This document shows, piece after piece, positions 56,547-64,000 of a stretch of 64,000 nt of DNA. The notes beneath the pieces are model-generated. The model did no database searches and was not told the origin of the DNA. It saw only the letters and a list, made by a program, of their open reading frames with translations. This stretch comes from Antedon mediterranea. Taxonomy: Eukaryota; Animalia; Echinodermata. Each line of letters begins with the position of its first letter. The stretch's first letter is position 1. The position numbers were made by a program, and so were the translations under genes. The stretch is from positions 27,900,001 through 27,964,000 of the forward strand of contig NC_092674.1 in the NCBI RefSeq assembly GCF_964355755.1, written 5' to 3'.

Positions 56547-56786
56547 ATGCCTTCCAAAGCCGTACTTGATGTTCTAGCTTCGGCCGAGTTGAGTAAACAA
56601 ATATCAGACAGTATCTCAACAGCGCTGACCGGTCCCGCCTTTCGGGCAACCATGAAAGCGTTATTGGATGAAGTTTTAAATGAACAAATGGAAGCTAAAT
56701 TGAAACCCTTGTTTGATAGGTTAGACCAGGGTGAAACTAGAATTAGTGAACTGGAGAACATTACAAAATCTGTCACAACACTGTAA
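56547..56786 (+). mobile_element. Coiled-coil ORF fragment resembling the N-terminus of a LINE ORF1 protein
   Basis: 79-aa intronless ORF with heptad pattern (LKPLFDRLDQGETRISELEN); GC higher than flanks; ends abruptly. Confidence 0.4.
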
Positions 56787-57202
56787 TATATGAAATGTAT
56801 TATTTGAAACTCGTACTTTCTTTTTTAATTCCTTATTACTTGTTTTATTGTTATTAATTGAAAGAAAGAAAATAAATGTTTACGTTGAAAACCATTGAGA
56901 ACATGACAAATGACGACAAACCGTAATCATTTTTTTAAAACATTTATTTTACTAATTTATAAATACACAATTTGGACTAAAATATGATTATTAATACTTT
57001 CTACTTTTAATAAATAAGCCCAGGAGACTTTGTAAGGTGCATTCATTTCTGTGAGCAGGTTTTATTTGGCATGAAAAATTGTTTAGCGCTAAAATATAAA
57101 AGCCAACAAATTATTTTTTGCTGATAATCAGTTACCGATTGTAGTTAAAGTAAATCATTAACTGTAGCATTTCTATAATTTATAGCTATTTTTTGGGAAA
57201 AT

Positions 57203-59247
57203 CTAAAAATAGAAACAATCTTCTGCTTCAATTTGTTCCGCATCACTGAGTCTAGACAGATCAAACGGACATTCTGTAAAAAAAGAATGTAAATGATTAT
57301 TATCTTGCTGAAGATTAGAAACTAATAGGGAATAAAAATTGTACAAGAACCTGAAAAAACATCCCTCATATCTTTTGTATCTCAACATGAATGTACTGTA
57401 CCTGCACCCTCCACAAAGGGAAGATCCAGCGAGTAGCACTAGAGCTCTGTCTACACTAAACTAATTTGACAACAAAATGTAATGTGCCCAAATATGGTAG
57501 TGATATGATGTCATGTCCATATATGGGCACATCACGTTTTTGTCACATAAAGTTTGATAGTGTAGACAGAGCTTTCCCAGCTCCCCTACCCTCTAAACTA
57601 TACATTTTTTTTTCCATTTTTAACTTTGCTGTACTAACTTTTCTGGCAATGCTTGCAGTAATAATGTGACCCTTCGCACATGCACCGGTATTGTTTGTTG
57701 TTCAGTTGCATACACTGCCCTCCGTGTTTGCATGGATTTTCAGCGCATACATCATCTGTTTATGAAATAAAATTATCGTTGGGAAAGAATTTAAATGATT
57801 TATGAACGATTATGTGGGTTGGAAAGAGACAGCTTAACGTACGTGTTAATGATCTCTCACCCCCCCCCCTCCCCCTACCTTCCTCATTTTGTCTAACTCA
57901 CAAAAAAGGTCCTGTTTGCATTGCTCCTCCGTGTTGTATTCAAATGGGTTTTTACAAGCCATCCTAGAATGACATACACACCGGCCATTCTTCACCTTGC
58001 AGCCTGTCCACTCTGTGTCGCAGCCTACATCATTTTTCTTAGCCTTCCCTGAAAATATAGATGTCCAATTGATGTTTATTCACTTTATTTAATATTTTAA
58101 AATACAGTCAATTAGAATTTTTCTTTGGTGAGCCAGTAACATATGTTCTCTTGAATGATGCTTCTCTCTCAGGATTAGGTTATCTCTTAAATAAGACTCT
58201 AACCACCAATTATCATTACCATTAGGGATGAATAACACTAAAGGTCCATTTTATATATTTATAAATTATTTCATAAATAAAGACTCTAAATAAGGACCAC
58301 ATTCTTGAAGTTCTTTCTTTATATGATTCTATGTTAGGGATAAAGAACACTGTAGTTTAACAATAATTTTTGTTTTGTTTTTAAATAAATGACTGTATTA
58401 TTTGCAATCGCTCATCCCTGTTCCTTACAGTTTTATAAATATTTATGAATAGGTTGGAGAGAAAAGTACCACTGTACTTTGAGTAACCTACAGTAACCAA
58501 ACACGCCTACAAGCTGTCAAAGTTTATTGTCAAACAATAACATGCGATCTTGTTTATTTGAAGAATTAATAAACAAGGTTTTAAACATTAAATTATACGA
58601 CTGTCTCCGCACTTAAAATACTGTTGTAAAGTTTATCATAGTTTTTAGTATAGTATATCTGGTTTAATATTCACATATTATATAGATTGCAGGGAATAAT
58701 TTCGCCAGTGTAGCATAGCAAAAAGCTATACAAAACAACCTTCTTGCTACACATTTCTACAATTGTGTAGCAAAATATACTATAGAAAACTATGTTTCTC
58801 AACTCACTCAAACATCAGTTTTATTAGCAATATTTTAAGATGAAATTTTTCCCTGGATTGTACACTATAAAGCATTCAATAGCGCCTTGAGCACCTTTGG
58901 TGGCAAAGTTCGCTTTAGAAATCTGCATTATTATTATATTATTAATTATGTTCATACACTATTATATATAAAATGGTGGAAGACACGGGCATTCCCCCAT
59001 ACATGAACAAAAAAAAACAAGTCTTCTAGGGGTGTTAGACATGCTGCTTCCTGCTTGTAAACAAGTACACTTATGAATGAGGGTTGTTTTCAATAACATT
59101 ATAATACTACTGTATAACGTCTTTTAAACCCTTAAAATAGCTGTATAATATGTTAAAATGCAATGAAATGAAGAAACCTCATACATTACCTTCAACAATT
59201 TGTGAAATAAATGAGAAAGCTACCATTAGGATGATGAGACGCAGCAT
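57203..59247 (-). CDS. Uncharacterised secreted 130-aa protein: signal peptide, CRIM1-like Cys module and EGF domain
   Basis: Exons 59247-59190, 58048-57902, 57755-57639, 57273-57203 (393 nt, all introns phase 1): MLRLIILMVAFSFISQIVEGKAKKNDVGCDTEWTGCKVKNGRCVCHSRMACKNPFEYNTEEQCKQDLFYDVCAENPCKHGGQCMQLNNKQYRCMCEGSHYYCKHCQKKCPFDLSRLSDAEQIEAEDCFYF. Probable 5'UTR exon ends at 60533. Confidence 0.88.
57443..57573. mobile_element. MITE family 1 (partial copy also at ~56323-56411)
   Basis: Family TIRs and body. Confidence 0.85.
58690..58855 (+). mobile_element. 166-bp non-autonomous hAT5-type MITE
   Basis: gattg-CAGGGAATAATTTCGCCAGT...TGAAATTTTTCCCTG-gattg; ends shared with 26366-30327. Confidence 0.9.
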
Positions 59248-59434
59248 TTTAAATGGCTACCGCTTTTTAACCTGCATAAATAAAATAAAAATAATAATAA
59301 TAATACAGTAACAATAGAACAGTACAGTATATGTATAATATTTCACATTTTCTGTAGTTTTCAGACAGAAATCGAAACCAACTGGTGGACTAACATTAAA
59401 AAGACAATAACTACAGACTTAGGGCAAGTCTAAG

Positions 59435-59471
59435 CATGGAGGTATAACATTTTTATTTTTATACCTCCATG
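59435..59471. mobile_element. P-element-like micro-palindrome/excision footprint with 7-bp TSD
   Basis: gtctaag-CATGGAGGTATAA...TTATACCTCCATG-gtctaag, followed by a partial re-duplication of the right arm. Confidence 0.7.
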
Positions 59472-60619
59472 GTCTAAGCAATTATACCTCCATGGTCTAG
59501 TACAGTACTGTATTTCATTGTGTTGTAATGTGGTCATTGCAAAGTCATTTGGAGTTTGTGCATTGGACTTTTGATAAGTTATATCCTCATGGCATAGTAC
59601 TATTGTATTGTATTGTATTGTATTGTATTGTAATCATAAACACATTATAATTTTCAAGACAATTCCAAAATCATTGAAGGAAAGGCTCTCAGAGGGTAAA
59701 CTAACAGATTGACCAATCAGAGAACTGGATTCCTATTTTATAATCAAGGCCATGTTTACATAGCACTGAGTGACTATAGTAATGAGGTCAACTCAAGTGC
59801 TGTATTGGGGTGTCAAATACCAAACCTATAATAAGGTCCCCAAAGGTCAAATCTATAACACCTTGCCTGTCTTATTATCTTGTCTATATCCTTTATTTCA
59901 GTAATAAAAAAAAGTATTGGTACTAATACCATTTAAGACATTGGGAGTGGCTACAGTTTTTACACTTACTGTATTGAATTTAAAATAATTATAATTTTTG
60001 TTTCATTATTAATTTCATGCTGAGCGACATATGGCAACCAATCAAACTAACACATGTCCCAGGATGGTGGTTCATAAATACACTGGTGTGGTAGCAGATC
60101 ACTTCATTTAATGAACAGATTTGATATTATATTATTATTCTATTATAGTATGGCCAACTATTTTGGAGTTTTTTCACCTATCACAAAATTACATACACCA
60201 AAATAAAGATTCAATGAGTTTATGATTTATGTAGAGCTGTTTCACTAATTATGATAATGATGAGATCCAATAAAGTAAAATGGAACTAGATGTTGGAATG
60301 TAATCCGAAATGAAATGTAGGTAGGTATCAAATTACAGTAAGATTCTGTTGCTCACTCACTCAGGCAATCAACAAACGTCTTATCTAACATACCAAATCA
60401 TAACTGTCAGTCTGCAATCTACAATGTGTTCTAACACGACAGAAACCCATAATTATAAATTATACTTCTGTAGTCTATTAGTAGTAGAAGTTATATGTTT
60501 AATATTATGGAAAACAAATGATTTTAAACTCACCTTTTCACAATGTCTACCAGCTTCAGCCTTGCCCTTCTTAAGCCTCTTCTCAAGTATCCAACGAAAT
60601 CACATTTTTGGGCTTATTA

Positions 60620-60760
60620 TCTCTTTGGTAACTTTATACCCAGTGGTTACTGATTGGTGCGTAGTAAAAATAACAAAGCCTGTTAACCAATCAGCGTGCA
60701 AGAGGAAAATGGGACAGTCCCTAATACAACTTTAGGCGGATCCGATATATTAAGCACGTT
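60620..60760. promoter_or_regulatory. Compact bidirectional promoter of the EGF-module gene and TOMM5
   Basis: Oppositely oriented CCAAT boxes (gattgg ~60652, ccaat ~60687) between a minus-strand donor at 60532 and a plus-strand donor at 60784. Confidence 0.55.
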
Positions 60761-61293
60761 TTTAGACTTTTGGTCGTGGAAAGGTAAGTCAGTACTTAAA
60801 TTCATTGTTTGTGTTAAAGAAAGTCGTTTATAGATAGTAGATTAGTTATTGATGATTGCATTTTTAGTTCTAGAAATAACTAGTCGACTAGTTAATACAC
60901 TAGAAATCTACAAATCACATAATTATTGAATCCCAGACTATACTAGGCAGGTCGACAATCTCTGTATCGTCCCTTTATTACTGGCCGGCCGGCCAGGCAG
61001 CCACCTGCCTGCATGAAATTCGTCATATCTGAGATGGAACGGTGCTCTGCCTAGGCCTAGATATAACATGCAATAACATGTGTACTCACTACAGTAGCAT
61101 ACTACAGTTATATTATACATTGTGATTCTAACTTGTGTTTATGCATCATGAAAGGAATAAATGTTATTTTGAATGAATGACCATGTCCAGGTTTCGTTTG
61201 TGGAGTTTAATTACAATGTGTTGTTCATCAGAACAAAATGATATCATAATCATGTATGATCATGTTTAGGTTTAAAATAAAGAAGAAAGCAAA

Positions 61294-61832
61294 ATGCTGC
61301 GCATGGCAACCGGACCTAAGGTTGACCCTAAGGAGGAGCAGCAGAGAATGCGTAAGGCATTCTGGAAAAACGTGGCTACGTTTGCAGCGATAGTCGTCAC
61401 CTTACGAGCAGGTATTTATGTAATTGATGACAATTAACTTTTATTAATTAAAGCCAAATATTATTTTCTGTATAAGTGTATGAATTAATTTTAAGGTAGG
61501 GTATGTAGGCTCAGTGGCGTAAAAGCTATGAGAGGATCGGGGCCCCAGAGCTTAAGGAGGCCTAGAGCAGGTTTTAGAAGAAAACAAATTATCTCCTGGG
61601 TTAAAGGGCCCTAGAAGTGCTAACCAGGGGCCTTTGCCCTACAAAACACATGTTTAGAACTAAAAAAAATTATTTAATTTACATACACTGTACTTAATTT
61701 ATTGTATTATTCAATAGAAAAGTTGTATGAAATTTATTTTTTATGTTTTCTCCAATAATTTGCCAAGAAATAACAATAAAATACGTTTGTTTGTATCTTG
61801 CAGCTCCATATGTCATCAAGCAGTTCTCGTGA
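61294..61832 (+). CDS. TOMM5: Mitochondrial import receptor subunit TOM5 homolog, 48 aa
   Basis: Exons 61294-61411 and 61804-61832: MLRMATGPKVDPKEEQQRMRKAFWKNVATFAAIVVTLRAAPYVIKQFS. Matches the TOM5 pattern (PKxDPxE..RMR...N..F...LRxxP); 5'UTR exon ends at 60783; AATAAA downstream. Confidence 0.85.
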
Positions 61833-62459
61833 AGACTGGTGAAGATGTAAATCGTATTGCCATGGAAACCAATACCAAGTCCACCATTATATGAAATGGA
61901 CAACTACAACTGACCATTGTAAATAAAAACAATACCCCATTGTATTGAATTGACTGAAGAATTATGATGGTGTAAATTTGTATGTTTAACATGGTATATG
62001 TTTGATTGTGTTAGATTGTAATAAAGAAATTGTATTAATAAATGAATTTGCTTTGATTCAATACCCTATTTTAATGGTGAGAAGAAGAAGATTGAAAAAC
62101 TACATTATTTAATATTGCACATCAGACTTTTATTTTATTTAAAGAACTAGGTAATCATATTTTAAAATATATATATTTTCTCTGAATATTAAATACATTG
62201 CATCCTGTTAAATTACATAGTAATGATCTGTTTGAAATCTCAATAGCTTTATATACATTGTTTCATTTAATTTTCATTTCAAAACTGCTGTGGTTGTCTA
62301 CTCATAGGCACTAGAGTAATAGTTACACTCGCCAGTGTACAGTCTGGGCCTTGGATGTACCTCAACCTCCATTGTTCCCCTGGGCCTGCTTCGTGCAGTT
62401 CCACTTGACCCTCCAATGTACCTCCATGCTCCACGCTCCACTTGTCTGCTCATTGTCAG

Positions 62460-63050
62460 TGGTTCCACTCCACCCCTCCTTAACCTAGACCACCTACTCC
62501 TCGTCCACCCCCTCTAACACATCTTCCACTTGTTTATGTGACTGCCCCAGTATCCCAATCTATGCTCGGCGTCCTTGTCACCTATTCTTGCTGTATAGTT
62601 CTGGTCTGTCTCCTTCAAAATTCCAGCCTCCACCCCTCTTCTACCAGACCACCTCCCACTACTCCTCCTTGTCCACACCCTCTTGAACATCTTCCACTAG
62701 TTCATGTGACTGCCCCAGTATCCCAATCTATGCTCGGCGTCCTTGTCACCTATTCTTGCTGTTAGTTCCATCTGGTCTCTCTCCTTCAAAACTCCAGCCT
62801 CCACCCCTCCTCTACCGGACCACCTCCCACTACTCCCCCTCGTCCACCGACTCAAAAACATCTTCCAGTAGTTTATGTGACTGCCCCAGTTTCCCAATTT
62901 ATGCTCAGCGTCCTGGTCACCTATCCTTCCTGTTAGTGTTAGTTCCATCTGGTCTGTCTCCTTTAAAACTCCAGCCTCCACCCCTCCTCTACTGTACCAC
63001 CTCCCATTACTCCTCCTCGTCCACCGCCTCTAGGACATCTTCCAACACAC
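62460..63050. repeat. ~165-175-bp tandem repeat, about 3.5 copies, C-rich on +
   Basis: Recurrent tgtgactgccccagt at ~62536, ~62705 and ~62876. Confidence 0.85.
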
Positions 63051-63920
63051 TCTGTGGTTCCATTAATGTTTGGTTGTGTTGTTGCTTCATTCGTAATTTC
63101 AATCTTCTGTTACGTTCTCGTCTTTTCGCCATCTCGTTCATATTGTCTTTTAGCTTTAGCTATAAAATATAAATATTATACATTAAATTTTCGTCAACTG
63201 AAAAGAAAATTAAGTATTTGTTTGTTTCTTACTTATTTTTTTGTTAGTTACTTACTTGGCGGTACCGATTAAGCATTCCAATTTCTTCCATCAGTTCACT
63301 GTCATTATCTGCCTGTGCCATTGTAGAAAACGCAGATGGCATCTCCCTGTTCACGTCTCTATAGGATAGAAGTAGTTCGTCCTCGATGCCGAACCGCGAT
63401 GGCGGTCGACGACGTCGTGTAGTAAGTCTGCTGTCCACAGACAAGTCTTCGACATTGCTGAATAAAATTATTAACAACATAACTTTTCTCAATTATGATA
63501 CAGTAGTTGATAACAAATGATGATGATTTAATAAAGACGATGATTATACAATACCTTCTGATCACACGAGTAGGAACATCCGTCGGTAGTATAAAACGGT
63601 CAGAAAGTTCATCTGTGAATAATAAAAAACATGTTTTAAAATCATATCCTTTTTAAACTAAAACTTAAATACAAGAAAATTTTGTCTATAACCTGTACCG
63701 TACCCAATCTCCTATTGCCTTCTTGAACCATTTTGTATTCTTCAACGTCTAAATCTGAGTTCACACTATGTTTGTCGCCCTCCTCCGACGAGTCATCTAC
63801 CATTCATTTCATCATCTATAACGTCAGGCATAGGCTGCTCACTGAAAAAAGATTAAAATCATACAAGAACTTATGATGTTCTCTTAGGCTGGTCGTAATT
63901 TCTACTCGTCTCTTCATCTA
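63007..63920 (-). pseudogene. Degenerate spliced ORF of unknown, possibly transposon-accessory, origin
   Basis: Phase-compatible exons ~63841-63692 (frameshifted), 63613-63555, 63457-63256, 63159-63007: ...DELSDRFILPTDVPTRVIRSNVEDLSVDSRLTTRRRRPPSRFGIEDE... Confidence 0.4.
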
Positions 63921-64000
63921 AACAAAATTAGACATAGCGTAGATTGTAGGCCTAATTAAAATGTGTTTTGAGAATTGAAATTAATAGTTATCCTTACAGA

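Noticed and set aside
57402-57438. Extra exon of the EGF-module gene suggested by ORF 57203-57439
   Set aside because: Weak acceptor abutting a MITE, and its inclusion would shift the frame; the direct 57639 to 57273 splice is in frame.

Overview
AT-rich, intron-rich animal genomic DNA (invertebrate deuterostome, echinoderm-like by inference; not prokaryotic). Left third (1-23.7 kb) is a tandem array of ACSF2-like acyl-CoA synthetase genes: the 3' part of copy A, intact 18-exon copies B and D, an internally deleted pseudogene C, and two further exon relics. Then come PDS5 (+, 25 coding exons, about 1646 aa, long SPxK/AT-hook tail; intron 2 holds a 3.96-kb hAT element with a 5-bp TSD and a spliced transposase carrying one nonsense codon), UBE2K (-), PRPS1 (+), an unannotated 130-aa secreted Cys-rich/EGF gene (-), TOMM5 (+, missed by the ORF track) and a degenerate spliced ORF at the right edge. 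Many small mobile elements are present: Harbinger-, Kolobok- and piggyBac-like MITEs, HINE/Helentron-like elements, tRNA- and 5S-derived SINEs and a CR1 fragment. The most unusual signals are transposon excision footprints readable by paralog comparison (TA to TAGGCCTA, TACAGTA or TACGGTA; 17-37-bp P-element-like palindromes with 7-bp TSDs, one enclosing a copied exon fragment), a 10x E-box/CCAAT minisatellite upstream of copy B, and pocket-focused divergence of the acyl-CoA synthetases. All gene models were spliced by eye; repeat boundaries are approximate.
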